From Eledone cirrhosa (lineage: Eukaryota): a DNA stretch of 64,000 nucleotides. Position 1 is the first letter of the stretch. Every line of letters starts with the position of its first letter. The stretch spans positions 37,882,001-37,946,000 of the forward strand of contig OZ024741.1 of NCBI GenBank assembly GCA_964016885.1, written 5' to 3'. This document shows, piece by piece, positions 35,963 through 50,020 of this stretch. The notes beneath the pieces were generated by a model. The model saw only the letters and a program-made list of their open reading frames with translations, had not been told where the DNA came from and searched no databases. Made by a program: the position numbers and the translations under genes.

Positions 35963-36349
35963 CTGTATATACATACGTATACAGCCCAATTCAACTCACG
36001 TCATAACATCTTGTTCATATATTGTACATTCAAGAATAAGAATATTTTCTTTGTTTTCATTTTATCAACGAAAGCAACCAACAAACACTTGTATCATCAC
36101 CGCTAACAATTATATTGTGGAGATACTGGAACCATCATTAGACCTTCAAAACCATCACTTGACACATTGGTCAGATGTAACACCAATGGTGTTAAGAACT
36201 TCGGTGGTCAGTGACCCTATTCCTTCAAAACGTCTCGAATATCACAGATTAGAAATTCTCATTTACCTACCTGCGAATTACTCTGTCCAGCCACGGACGC
36301 AGTAACATCCACTTTTAGGACAGTATTTAGAATTTTTATAAAGTCTAAA

Positions 36350-36611
36350 GTCTGTCTGGAGCTCGGAGGCTCATCGGGACGGTGCTTTTCCCGGTTTCCG
36401 TGGTATGAAGCGACTGAGAGTACAAGACTCCCTCCTGGTCAGTCCTCCAACCCGCCAGCTATTGCTGGTACTCATTTTCAGCTGAATATACTGGAGCAAC
36501 GTGAAATGAAGTGTTTTGCTCAAGAAAACAACACGCAACCAAGCCTAGGAATAGAACCCATGACATTATTATCGTAAGTCCAACGCCCTTACCACTAGGC
36601 CACGCACTCCC
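36350..36611 (-). mobile_element. tRNA-derived SINE, family S2 (CORE-like body)
   Basis: - strand: GCGTGGCCTAGTGGTAAGG..GGGTTCTATTCC..TTCTTGAGCAAAACACTTCATTTCACGTTGCTCCAGT; relative at 48740-48880. Confidence 0.7.
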
Positions 36612-36979
36612 ACATTTAGAATGTGGGAGGGAGTAAAAGCATAATTTAGAGTTCCACTTTAGTAATTTACATCTAGCTGAGTCACAAAGATGAGCCAATC
36701 GAAGTTCTTCCTATCATCCACAGTTCCCGAACTGAGGACGTATTTTAAAAATTTTTTTGCTCAAGCCTTACTTTAAAATTAAATTTGTGTAGTATATTGA
36801 ATAAAGCGACCGGGTTTCAGTTGATATTAAAACCCTCGTGACCACTTTGAATCAATAGACTTACCACATTGACACCCTATTGGTTCAGAGATGTCAGCGC
36901 CGATTCGAAAAGTGTTGAAACGAGGAACCTGTCTGGAACAATGAAACCACAGATGTTTCCCATGGGCAAAATAATTAAA

Positions 36980-37808
36980 TCTATATATTAATACGCTTGT
37001 ACCTACGTACCGTACGTCCGACTGTGTGTGTCACGCTTTCAGTAATTACATAGTAATTTATATGCTGTTGAAAAAAATCATCCGTCATTGATGTAATGCT
37101 TTGCACCGAATATTTTCATTGTCTTATCATTCACCGCCCAAGAACGACTTCAACTCCCAACAGAAGAAATTATATATTTTATATTACTGTCGTGAGGTAA
37201 GTTGAAAATTGATAATACACTTCGCCAAATAGGTAATGCTTTACCCTCAGTTACTTTTTTTTTCTTTTTTGGGGTTACAAGTTTTTATTTATGACAAACA
37301 TCATCTCTAACTACTTTCTTATACTAGCTAGGTGTTCTTCATAATTACTGAAACAACCATTCTTGAAAATGGAAGATAGAATAAGTCAACAAAGAGTGGC
37401 AGCGAGAGAGCGACAAAGAAGCCGACGACAACGGTTACGAGCAGAAGAGAGGCAAGCAATTCGTGACCGTAGTCGAGAACAAATGCAAGAAAGGAGGAAT
37501 GATATGAACCAAGAGGAGAGAGAAGCTTATCTACAGAATAGAAGAAACGTAGATCATGATAGAAGAAATAACATGAATCCAGAAGAGAGAGAAACTTATC
37601 TACAGAATATGAGAAACAGAGATCACCAGAGAAGAAATGACATGAATCCAGAGGAGAGAGAATTTTATCTAGAGAATATGAGAAACAGAGTTTATCAGCG
37701 ACGAAATGCCATAATTGAAGCAAATAACTTTGATTAACTGATAAATATTCATTGGACAATATTTAAATTACAAAAATTATCCGTGAATTTTTTCACGGGT
37801 TCAACTAG
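36980..37808 (+). mobile_element. Non-autonomous Helitron (829 bp)
   Basis: A|TCTATATATT start, subterminal hairpin CCGTGAA-TTTT-TTCACGG, CTAG|T end, no TSD. Confidence 0.85.
37369..37737 (+). CDS. Helitron-borne mini-ORF with 23-aa STPR-like helical repeats
   Basis: Three tandem 23-aa units RRN(D/N)MN(Q/P)EERExYL(Q/E)N(R/M)RN....; ATG at 37369; upstream GT donors, CTAAC and a pyrimidine tract with AG. Confidence 0.5.
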   Translation: MEDRISQQRVAARERQRSRRQRLRAEERQAIRDRSREQMQERRNDMNQEEREAYLQNRRNVDHDRRNNMNPEERETYLQNMRNRDHQRRNDMNPEEREFYLENMRNRVYQRRNAIIEANNFD

Positions 37809-37904
37809 TAAATAAATAAATAAACAAATCACGATTTAGAATTTGATGTGAAGTTATTTCACATAGAATACAATGGCGAATACAAGCGGTCGAAATGGGG
37901 TTCC

Positions 37905-38265
37905 ACCGAAGGATCTTTGGGGTAATGTTACTCGATAGAGTGCGTAGCTCGGAGATCAGATAGTCACTCCAGGTAGAGCAACTACTTCTCCGAATAGAGA
38001 GAGCACAGCTCCGATACTATGGGCATGTAGTTAGAATATCCCAGGAAAGAATCGCTGGACAGATTTTATGGACAAAACCAATTGGCAGGAGACCCAGGAG
38101 TAGACCCCGAGCAAGAAGGTTGGATAACATCCATGAATTTGGCTGGTCTCATTCTGACAGGACCTGCTGGAACGAATGTTTGAGGACTCTGTCCCCCTGA
38201 TCGTTTTAGGAATAAGGGAGAGAAGAAGAAGAAGAAGAAGAAGAAGAAGAAGAAGAAGAAGAAGA
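37905..38265 (+). mobile_element. RTE-like LINE 3' fragment with (GAA)n tail
   Basis: Degenerate ..LRIERAQLRYYGHVVRISQERI..GRRPRSRP; same family at 60285-60560. Confidence 0.7.
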
Positions 38266-39060
38266 TATTACATCTAGCTCAGGAGAAAATGGTGAGCTCA
38301 GGCCTTTTCTCACCATCTCTGGACAATTCCCTGGTTTCTAGAAATGAAAGTATATTTATTTTTGCTAGGGTTCACTTCAAAATTAAATTCATCTCAGTAT
38401 GCCGAAGAGTGTGACTGGTACTCGGTCAGTATGATAATCCTCGAAGACATCTGGAATAAAAAACCTCCCTACACCGATACATATTTCTCTCGAAAGAACA
38501 ACATCGAATCTTAAAGTAATGGAGATGCAGTGATTGGAATAATGAAGCTCAGAATTGTTCTTCGCGGACAAAACAACAATTCAATTCTCAGAAAATTTCG
38601 TAGTCACTCGCAGAAAGACAATGGCGGATTATATATTGATCACGTTGATCAAAAATACAGTAAAAAAATTTGTTTCAATTGTAAATTTTTCCAGACTCTC
38701 TGCTTCGATTTAACCTGATTCGGAGCAATCAAACCAAGCTTCCTCCTTAACAGATATTTGAGCTAGTCCGAGTTAAAAAGGTAAAGTTGTGGCTGGTGTC
38801 TGTCTACTAAAGAAAGCAAGTATGGATAGAAGAAAGAAAGACATGAGGGAAAGATAAAGGGGACATTTCCTTTTAAACCCAGGCAATGTTGCTTGGTTAA
38901 GGGATTCCAAAACCAGTTTATTGTGGGGCTGTGAGATGTAGAATGTAGTGCTTTGTTGTTGTGGTGTGTTGTTGAGGCGCTGTGTGATGTTGTGATGCTG
39001 TGTTGTATGATGTTGAGGTGCAGTGTTGCTGTACCATTGTGATGTTGTAGTACTGTGTTG

Positions 39061-39254
39061 CAGACCTGTCAACTTTCCCCGTCCAACAGAAAGATCACCC
39101 ACCCACATTGGTGTGTGTGAGAGATTTCTTCTATTGTGAAAATGGATATAGCTTTCGTTATGTAAAATTTCCCCATTTTACCTCATTTCTCCCCGTTTTG
39201 GGGCACTTTTTTTATGGTACTCCTCGTTTGGGTTTTTAGAGGTTGACAGATCTG
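39061..39254. mobile_element. MITE with 13-bp TIRs and a 6-bp flanking duplication
   Basis: CAGACCTGTCAAC / GTTGACAGATCTG flanked by GTGTTG on both sides. Confidence 0.7.
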
Positions 39255-40479
39255 GTGTTGTTACGTTGTAACTGTGATATCTATGGCGTATAATGTGTTT
39301 TAGAAACCCTGTTGCATGTGCTGCAATTTTGTACAGACTATTTTAATTACGTGTTTCCATTTATGATAATTTAGTTTTAAATCTGGTTATAGTTGGGTCT
39401 TAAATAACATTAGAATTCTAGTTAATACTGACATTCTTAATAGTGTTGTTGTTTTTGTTGTTGTTGCTGTTGTTTTTGTTGAAGCAGTAATTGTTAGTGA
39501 TATGTGCGTGTCCACATGTGTTGTTTCACGCGTGTGTATATGTATATTAGCGTGTAGGTGTTTGAGTGTGTATGTTTGTATGTGAACATGTTTCTGTGTG
39601 TGATTGTGTGAGTATTTGCCTGTATGGATGTGTAAGTAGTTGCGTGCGTGTAGATGTGTGAATGTCTATGTATATGCATGTATGTATTTATGTATATATG
39701 TATGTGTGTATGTATGTATGCAAATGTCTTTGTATGATGTGTGCGTACGAGTGTATGTGCTTGTCTCCAAGCGAGTGTATGTGATAGTGGTGATGGTGGT
39801 GTGTGTTTGTCTCTCTCTGTGTGGGTGGGTGTGATTAATTGTCTTTATAATACCACTGTTAAACCGATTAGTTTAGCTGGCGGTCTCGCATTACAGGCAG
39901 ATTTGCTTGGTTTACAATTGTAATCAGGCTAGAATAGCCAATGAAAATGGAAACAGGCCATACGAAACCACTCAGATGGTTGCCATCTTTATATTTATTA
40001 CGGTGGTTCTTACACTGAACAAACGAACAGAAAATGGCGACGACAGCGGCATATATGAACAATGTTTAGAAATAAAAATGGAGGTGGGAGTAAAATGCAA
40101 AATTTCCTGGAGTTCAATTTCATAGCTGCCAGCAATAGTCAACCTTGTACTCATTATTAAACCAGAAGATAGTGTCTGTGTGACATGCAAACGCTGCATT
40201 TATTCTAGAATTCCTTTTGTCACTAAATCAGTTTTATTGTTATTATTATTACTATTATTATAATACTATTTTTACAATGTTCACATGTAAAAAGGCAAAT
40301 CGGGTGACATAGCTTCTTTTTTGTTGTGTGTGCGCGCGTGTGTATCTGGGTGCGTAATGGTTGGTGGCGGTGGCTGTGGTGGTGGTGGCTGGGGAGGGCA
40401 TTATTTGTAAACGTTTTGTTTTTTATTTTCCCTTTGGACCCATATATATGTATATGTAAATATGTGTTTATATAATATA

Positions 40480-40557
<78 letters not shown>

Positions 40558-40721
40558 TATACATGTTTATATATACACACACACATGTATATATATATCA
40601 GTGTGTATAGTTATGTGGACATGTTCATAAAGACGCGTGCAAATACCCGTAAATTCAATTTTGAATGCTTTATAAACAAGTATCCTCTCACTTTACAGTA
40701 TTCTGTGTGTGTGTGTGTTTA

Positions 40722-40828
<107 letters not shown>

Positions 40829-40884
40829 GTATATTAATATTGTCTATGGAGTAGTTATATATTGTGTTGTTCACTTTCTAATAC

Positions 40885-40978
<94 letters not shown>

Positions 40979-41279
40979 TATATATATAGACATTTAATAT
41001 ATATATATATGCATTTAATATATAAATATATATATTTATATATATATAGATATATATATATATTATATATATATATACATTTAATATATATATATTTATA
41101 CATATATATATATATATATACATTTAATATATATATATATTTATATATATATATATATATAAATATATATATATATTAAATGTATATATATATATATATA
41201 TATATGTATAAATATATATATATATTAAATGTATATATATATATATATGTATAAATATATATATATTAAATGTATATAT

Positions 41280-41310
<31 letters not shown>

Positions 41311-41606
41311 TTATATATTAAATGCATATATATATATATTAAATGTATATATATATAATATATATATATATGTATATATATATACATTTAATATATATAT
41401 ATATATTTATATATATATTATATATATATATATATTATACATTTAATATATATATATTTATATATATTATATATATATATTATATATATATATTATATAT
41501 ATATATATATATACATTTAATATATATATATATTTATATATATTATATATATATATATTATATATATATATATATACATTTAATATATATATATATTTAT
41601 ATATAT

Positions 41607-41640
<34 letters not shown>

Positions 41641-41671
41641 TATAATATATATATACATTTAATATATATAT

Positions 41672-41740
<69 letters not shown>

Positions 41741-42015
41741 ATATATATATTTATATATATACATTTAATATATATATATATAATATATATATATTTATAT
41801 ATATTATATATATATATAAAAATATATATATATATTTAATATATATATATATTTAGATATATATACATATATATACATACATATATAATATATATATATG
41901 TTTATTTATATACATACACGCATATACACTCGTATATACCCACAGGTACATGTATACATCATCTAAGCACGACTTCCTAGGGTTTTCTGTTAGAGGAGAA
42001 ATATAAAACTCTGTT

Positions 42016-42060
<45 letters not shown>

Positions 42061-42074
42061 TATATATATATATA

Positions 42075-42130
<56 letters not shown>

Positions 42131-42136
42131 TTCATA

Positions 42137-42433
<297 letters not shown>

Positions 42434-42434
42434 G

Positions 42435-42499
<65 letters not shown>

Positions 42500-42763
42500 G
42501 TATATTTATAAGTCGTTTGGAAGCCTCGACAATGCAAATGGGTAAATCTCCGGGTAACAAGGTCCGGTGGTGGAGAGAGAGATGTAAGTGGGTGTACGTT
42601 GAGATGCGTGGTGTGTATAAGATGTGTGAGATGTGTAGAATGAAGGGAAGAGTATAAAGGATAAAAATAAAAATAACAACACAAGAGAGAGTTACCTTGG
42701 GAGAGATTTAATAGTCCCTATATATTTCGGATTCACATCCATCAACTGGGGTTTTTTTCCGGG

Positions 42764-42766
<3 letters not shown>
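42500..42766 (-). mobile_element. Solo pLTR of PLE family D in (TA)n
   Basis: Near-identical to 44500-44757. Confidence 0.85.
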
Positions 42767-42816
<50 letters not shown>

Positions 42817-42955
42817 TATATATAAATAAACCTGCGGATCCAGAATCAGACAGATCCACACAATGATTGTGTCTCGATCTGTCCGACGGCGAAACAATTG
42901 TAACACACAATAAATTGAGTTCAAATGCATCTCTGATTTTTCGTTTTATATTATA

Positions 42956-43853
42956 CTAGCAGTGGTACCCGGCGTTGCACGGGATAAGGTATTTTGGAAT
43001 GCGGGCAGCCAATAGACCTAAAAACTGCATGCCTGGACAATATGTAATGAAAATAAACCGAATACTCTGATGGCTGGATAATCTTTAAGATTTTCCTCGA
43101 TGAAGCAGGAAAAATGCACGTTTTCACCTAATGCGGGCCCTAGGGGATTAAGAAAAGGAATTTTTTTATGTGCATAATATGCCTTGAAATTTCGGGAAAA
43201 TCGGCTAGATGTAACGCCTCCAAAAAGCCCTAAGAAGCTGAAAAAATGAAGTTTTTCACCTAATGCGGGCCCTAGGCCATAAGAAAGTTGGATTTTCTTT
43301 GTTTACGGTATGAAGAAGAGACTGACTAATAGATAGCTACAATTTCAAGGAAATCGGTCTGACGTAACGCCTCAAAAATCCCCTAAAAATGTTAAACAAC
43401 GCAGTTTTTCACCTAATGCAGGCCTAAGGAGATAAAGAAATTGAATCTCTTTATGTGCATAACACTCCCTGAAACATAAGTAATACACATGTAAAGTTTG
43501 AAAAATTTCGGTTGGGTACTTATCGAGTTTTAGGGATTCAAACTCACACACACACATCCTCAAGGAAGTGACGTAATGCAGACAGTCAGACATACAGACA
43601 GATAATATAAGGGCGCGACGTTATAAGTATGTATCTATGTAAAAAGAGAAAGACTAAGAATTATAGAGCGAGATCGCTAAATCGCCCAATGTGGTCCCTG
43701 GGGCATAGAAAATTGAAATCTTTGCTCAGAACACTCCCTGAAACATAAGTATTACATGTGTAAAGCTTGAAAACAGTCGGTTGGGTGGTTCTCGAGTTTT
43801 AGGGATTCGAACTTCCACACAGACAGACATCCTCAGTTTTATATATATATAGA
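42956..43853 (-). mobile_element. Non-autonomous Helitron (~900 bp) with internal tandem duplications
   Basis: - strand: A|TCTATATATATAT..GTCTGTCTG start, hairpin CCCGTGCAACGCCGGG, CTAG|T end; TTTTCACCTAATGC occurs three times. Confidence 0.85.
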
Positions 43854-43923
43854 TCATACTCTGCTCTGTAAGAACATAGAGTGCTCAAACGGCATACCGC
43901 CTATGGAAGCATCTTAGCTACCA

Positions 43924-43972
<49 letters not shown>

Positions 43973-43975
43973 CAC

Positions 43976-44028
<53 letters not shown>

Positions 44029-44375
44029 AGTTATATATTAATATATATGATAAACATATTTGGGTTTCGAAGTTCAAATTCATCTACGGAGCGGGTTTGG
44101 ATTTTGAAATTTAAATTTGTCCAGGAATCACGGCTTTTGCCAATATAAGCTTGTCTTTATTGACTTATATCGAGACAGACAAATTGTATTCACTTTAATT
44201 AGTTTATTTCATTGCTAGCTAACTTTGTCTGTTGCAATACAAACACGTTTTGTGTTTATCATATATATTATCATATATATTAATATATAACTTGTATTTC
44301 ACTGCTCAGAAATGCCTCTTTCTTTGAGCTGATTAATTGTAAACGACTAAGAGTTTAATCTCTAAATATAATATA

Positions 44376-44455
<80 letters not shown>

Positions 44456-44456
<1 letters not shown>

Positions 44457-44983
44457 AGAGTATTGAAGTTTGCTTGAAGCATTGTGGAACAATAAGTAAA
44501 TATTTATAAGTCGTTTGGAAGCCTCGACAATGCAAATGGGTAAATCTCCGGGTAACAAGGTCCGGTGGTGGAGAGAGAGATATGTAAGTGGGTGTACGTT
44601 GAGATGCGTGGTGTGTATATGATGTGTAGAATGAAGGGAAGAGTAAAAGGGTAAAAATAATAATAACAACACAAGAGAGAGAGTTACCTTGGGAGAGATT
44701 TAATAGTCCCTATATATTTCGGATTCACATCCATCAACTGGGGTTTTTTTCCGGGGTGGGGGAAAAGGTTGTCTGTCGGATAACTCGGAACGCGTCTTTC
44801 GCTGTTTGTTGATTTGAATATCTGAGGTATTCGGCCGAGCGCGCGTGCGCGTGAAATGGGGTCGGTCGTACAGAGGTCAGCGGCCGAATTAGGGAGTGGG
44901 ATGGCGCTAGCTGTCAGTCCATTCTCTGCCTGTTTGTTAAATGTTACTGTGTGTGTGTGTGTGCGTGTGTTGTTGTCTCGCTT

Positions 44984-45019
<36 letters not shown>

Positions 45020-47312
45020 GTAGTTGCCTTATTCATCTGTATTGGTAGTGTAGTATGTTCGTATGGTGGAATGCTACTGTGTGTGTGTGTGCGTGTGTGT
45101 GTGTGTAGTTGTCTCGTTTGCGTGTGTTGTGTGTTGTTGCATCGCTTGTTAACTTAAACCAGCCATTTCATTTCGCTTCTCTCTAATCGGTTGTTTATTT
45201 GCGGTTGCAGTCGTTTGATAAGAAGCGCTTCCTTAATACGTAACGTGCCGACGTTTCTTTCAGTCGCTAGAATTGTGACAATGGGCCTTCCGTCTTTGTT
45301 TCCGCATTTGTCTATGTGTATCCGGAAAGACGAGGCCCTGGTTTTAATGTGTTCCTTGATCCGGATGTGCAAAGGTCGAATTGTGCTACCTATGTAGTAT
45401 TGGTTGCACCTGTCACATTCTATCTTATACACGACGTATGTGCGTAGGCAACAGTTAGCATGGCGTATCGGGCAGTCTCTGAGGGAGCATGCGTCAGTAG
45501 ATTTTTCGGTTTTCCTGGAGAGGCATCTTCGCAGGGAGGGGCCCGAGTGGGCCAGGTGGATGTCGAGGCCCTCCCTCCGTATAGCCTTGCGGATAGCGTT
45601 GGTGGTTTTCTCGCCCAGGTGTGGCATTTTAAGGAAGCAATTGCCTTGGGTGCTTCTCTGTCTCTTGCGTATGGTGTCTCCTATTCTGTCTGTGATCAAG
45701 GTAGGGTACCCGTTCGTCTCCAGCACCTCGAGGAATCGCTTGGTATGAGTGACACCACTCGCGGGATCGCTGCATCTGTTTTTGATTCGCGCGATTTCGT
45801 TCGTGATGTATCCTCTTTTGGCACTGTTAGGGAGGGCGGACTTGTAGTGAACGAATAGGTCCCTGCAGGCTGCCTTTCTGTAGAAGTTGCAGTGGATCCC
45901 TCCTTGTTCCGTGATGTTGATTCGGAAGTCGAGGAGGGCAAGTGACCCGTCTTCGTTGGGGTGTTCAACACTGAAGTCAATGTTCTCGTCCGTGTTGTTG
46001 AACGTCTCATAGATTCTGTTCGCCGTGTCTTGGGAAGATGTGAGGATGAGGATATCGTCCATGTATCTTGAGAAAAAGGCTACGGCGTTGGGGTGGCAGG
46101 CGTTGAGAGCCTTTCGTTCGAGGTTGTCCATGTAGGAGATCGCTAGCACACCTGATAGACTTGATCCCATGGGCAATCCCGAGGTTTGTTGGTATATTTG
46201 GTCAAGGAATCCGAAGTAGGTGTTGTCGACGACGATGGATAGGAGTTGGTGGATGTCAGTGGTGGTGAGCCCGAAGCAGTGTAGGTCGGTGGATTGGACG
46301 CGTTCCATTAGTATATTGACGGCCGGGAGTGCCGGGACCGAGGTGTAGAGAGCGACTACATCAAGGCTGAAGGCATATCTGTTATTCCTTCTGGTGTCGG
46401 GATCCATTTGATGCAGGCGCTTCAACGCCTCCTCGGAGCTGTTAACGTGTCCCGGCAAGGTGTCTAAGATGGGTTTGAGTATTCTGGCTAGGAGCCATGA
46501 AATTTTGTAGAGTGGTCCCTCCACGCTCGATACGATGGGCTTGATTTTCAGGTCGGGTTCCTGTTTGTGTATTTTCACGAGGTGGTAGAAGGCGGGTAGT
46601 CTGCTGTTCCTCGTGAGGAGGTTGTATCTCAGCTTCTTCGGGAGCTTCCGCCGGTCGCAGATGTTGGTCCAGGCGGAGTTGATGTGTTCTTCTATCTGCG
46701 CGGGAGTGATTCCCGTGACCTTGGAGTAGAGGTTGTCATCGTCAAGGTGTTGGAGGGCCAGGGTGTTGTAGGCCTCTCTGCTGATGACGCAGAATTCTTT
46801 TCCCTTGTCGGAGGGGAGATAGATGAGGTTCTTCGATTTTAGGTTGGAGAGAGTGGTGAGTTGAGATTTGGTGAGGTTATGTGTTGTGCGTGTGTGTGTG
46901 TGTTTGTGAAGTATATCCGAGATGGAGTGTTTTAGCCTGATGAGTTTGGTGTCGAGTTCGTGGTTGGTGGATGGGGGGTGGAGTGGGTTGTCGGGGTGGT
47001 AAGTGGGGAACTTGGGGTGGGTTGTGTCGGCGCTGTTATTATCTGTGGCGCTGTTGATAGCGGTCACCCATTTAAGTTGGTAAGCGGCTCGACAAAAGTT
47101 GGCCTCGATGTTGAGTTTGAGTCTGTCGTCGAGACGTTGTGTGTATTTTTACCCTTTTACTCTTCCCTTCATTCTACACATCTCACACATCTTATACACA
47201 CCAAGCATCTCAACGTACACCCACTTACATATCTCTCTCTCCACCACCGGACCTTGTTACCCGGAGATTTACCCATTTGCATTGTCGAGGCTTCCAAACG
47301 ACTTATAAATAT
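44456..47312 (-). mobile_element. Penelope-like element D with 3' pLTR plus tail and an inverted partial pLTR at the 5' end
   Basis: 47144-47312 is the reverse complement of ~44497-44659; (TA)n on both sides. Confidence 0.93.
45154..47067 (-). CDS. PLE-D reverse transcriptase / GIY-YIG endonuclease (uninterrupted, 5'-truncated; frame stays open to ~47142)
   Basis: [73 protein letters not shown]. Confidence 0.93.
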   Translation of the reverse strand: MTAINSATDNNSADTTHPKFPTYHPDNPLHPPSTNHELDTKLIRLKHSISDILHKHTHTRTTHNLTKSQLTTLSNLKSKNLIYLPSDKGKEFCVISREAYNTLALQHLDDDNLYSKVTGITPAQIEEHINSAWTNICDRRKLPKKLRYNLLTRNSRLPAFYHLVKIHKQEPDLKIKPIVSSVEGPLYKISWLLARILKPILDTLPGHVNSSEEALKRLHQMDPDTRRNNRYAFSLDVVALYTSVPALPAVNILMERVQSTDLHCFGLTTTDIHQLLSIVVDNTYFGFLDQIYQQTSGLPMGSSLSGVLAISYMDNLERKALNACHPNAVAFFSRYMDDILILTSSQDTANRIYETFNNTDENIDFSVEHPNEDGSLALLDFRINITEQGGIHCNFYRKAACRDLFVHYKSALPNSAKRGYITNEIARIKNRCSDPASGVTHTKRFLEVLETNGYPTLITDRIGDTIRKRQRSTQGNCFLKMPHLGEKTTNAIRKAIRREGLDIHLAHSGPSLRRCLSRKTEKSTDACSLRDCPIRHANCCLRTYVVYKIECDRCNQYYIGSTIRPLHIRIKEHIKTRASSFRIHIDKCGNKDGRPIVTILATERNVGTLRIKEALLIKRLQPQINNRLERSEMKWLV

Positions 47313-47319
47313 ATTTATA

Positions 47320-47481
<162 letters not shown>

Positions 47482-47897
47482 TATTCATATACACATATAC
47501 ATACATATATACATATACATATAAATATATACACATATACACACATATACATATACATATATACATATACATATAAATATATACACATATACATATACAT
47601 ATATACACATATACATATACATATATACAGATACATATATATACAGATACATATATACATATACATATAAATATATACACATATTCATACATATATACAT
47701 ATACATATAAACATATACACATATACATACATATATAAAACTCCGTTGTTCCAGTTTTCCTTACACCATGATTTATGGTAAACATTTCAAAACAACAAAA
47801 ACAACAAAAATCAAAACAAAAAACAATTAGATAAACATTAAAAAAACAGCAAATATAGGGAAACAAAATGGTGTCGGCTTTGTCAAATGAGACATCG

Positions 47898-48505
<608 letters not shown>

Positions 48506-48739
48506 AGATAGCTAAACGAGTGTACTTCTACATCAACGCAGTGTGGGTTTGTGAAGCTAATCAGTACTTGAGTCGTTCTCTAGTTGTTGAGGGAGGTTTT
48601 AAAGATGAACTAACTAAAGTTTTATGAAAGGTTTAGCTATTTTGTGTCGACATCTATTAAGAAGCAATCGGAGCTTTTACTTATTATGTGGGGCCCTCAT
48701 CCACAATCATATATGTGTGGGTATGTGTATGTGATAAGA

Positions 48740-48880
48740 CACATGGGTTAGTGGTTAGAGTATTGGGTTTACTATCGTGAGGTTGTGAGTTTGATCACTG
48801 GACCGTGCTGTGTGTCGTGTCCTTGAGCAAGACACTTTATTCTTCACGTTGTTCCAGTTCATTTAGCCGGGAAGAATAAG
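48740..48880 (+). mobile_element. tRNA-derived SINE, family S2, 3'-truncated
   Basis: TGGGTTAGTGGTTAGAG..GAGTTTGATCAC..GTGTCCTTGAGCAAGACACTTT. Confidence 0.65.
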
Positions 48881-49134
48881 TTTAGAACCCTCAGAGAAAT
48901 GGAAAAAGATGAGTATTGACGTACATGGGAGTCGAACCCACATCTTTGGTTATCTGAGGGTTATTTCTCTGAGGGTTCTAAACCCCACTATCAGGCTAAA
49001 ATTTCTTTAGTAAAAAAATACGGTGAAAGCTTCTATTTTCTAATTTCAAACTTGCTCACTGTTTCAAAAGCATACTTACTTGTCATCATGCTTGCTAAGA
49101 ATGTAGCTTCTAATTTGAATGGAAGGAGATGGGT

Positions 49135-49205
49135 GATGCGTTGGTGTAATGGTAGCACAATGGTCTGGATAACCAAAGATGTGGGTTCGACTCCCATGTA
49201 CGTCA
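49135..49205 (+). tRNA. tRNA-like sequence (pseudogene or retroelement-borne; anticodon position reads GGA)
   Basis: D arm GTGT-AATGGTA-GCAC, anticodon arm TGGT-CTGGATA-ACCA, T arm GTGGG-TTCGACT-CCCAT, weak acceptor stem, TTTTT about 10 nt downstream. Confidence 0.5.
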
Positions 49206-50020
49206 ATACTCATCTTTTTCCATTTCTTTGAAGGTTCTAAACCCCACTATCAGGCTAAAATGTCTTTAGTAAAAAAAATACGGTGAAAGTATATATATAC
49301 ATATATATGTATATATATGTATATATATATATATATATATATACATACATACATACATACATACACACCAATAAGTTTGTTTGCCCTGTGATTTCATCGT
49401 TATTAACTTTACTATAGGCTTGCATAGACAAAGAATGTCATACGAACAGATCAAAGAATAGAACTTATGCTATCAGTTACACCTATAAAGGTCAGAATAA
49501 AATTTCTTGTGAATTCTTCCAGTGTTGATGACTGCTAGACACATTTTTTCAACAGTTCGTTGTGAAACACCATTCAGTAATGTGTGAAAATAAAAATCCA
49601 GTCGAGAATGAAATAAAAGAAAACTTCGAATGTATTGTTTCTTTGAAAACTATATTATATAACATTTAAAATCATCATTATTGTTATTATTTACACGAAA
49701 AATACACACACCAACACACATATACACACACACACTCACACACATACACACACAAACACTCACACACAGACATACACACACACACATGTGCACACCCACA
49801 CATGTGCACACCCACACATGTGCACACACACATGTACACACACACACACGCAGAAACACACACAAACACATTCACACACCCGCGCGCACACTCCCACATG
49901 CATATATATTATTATTGTTGTTATTAATATTACCAGTAACGCACTGGAGTCGATTTAATCGACTTTCCTCTCCCCCCAAAATTGCTGGTCTTGTACCTAA
50001 ATCAGAAACCACCATCGTCA

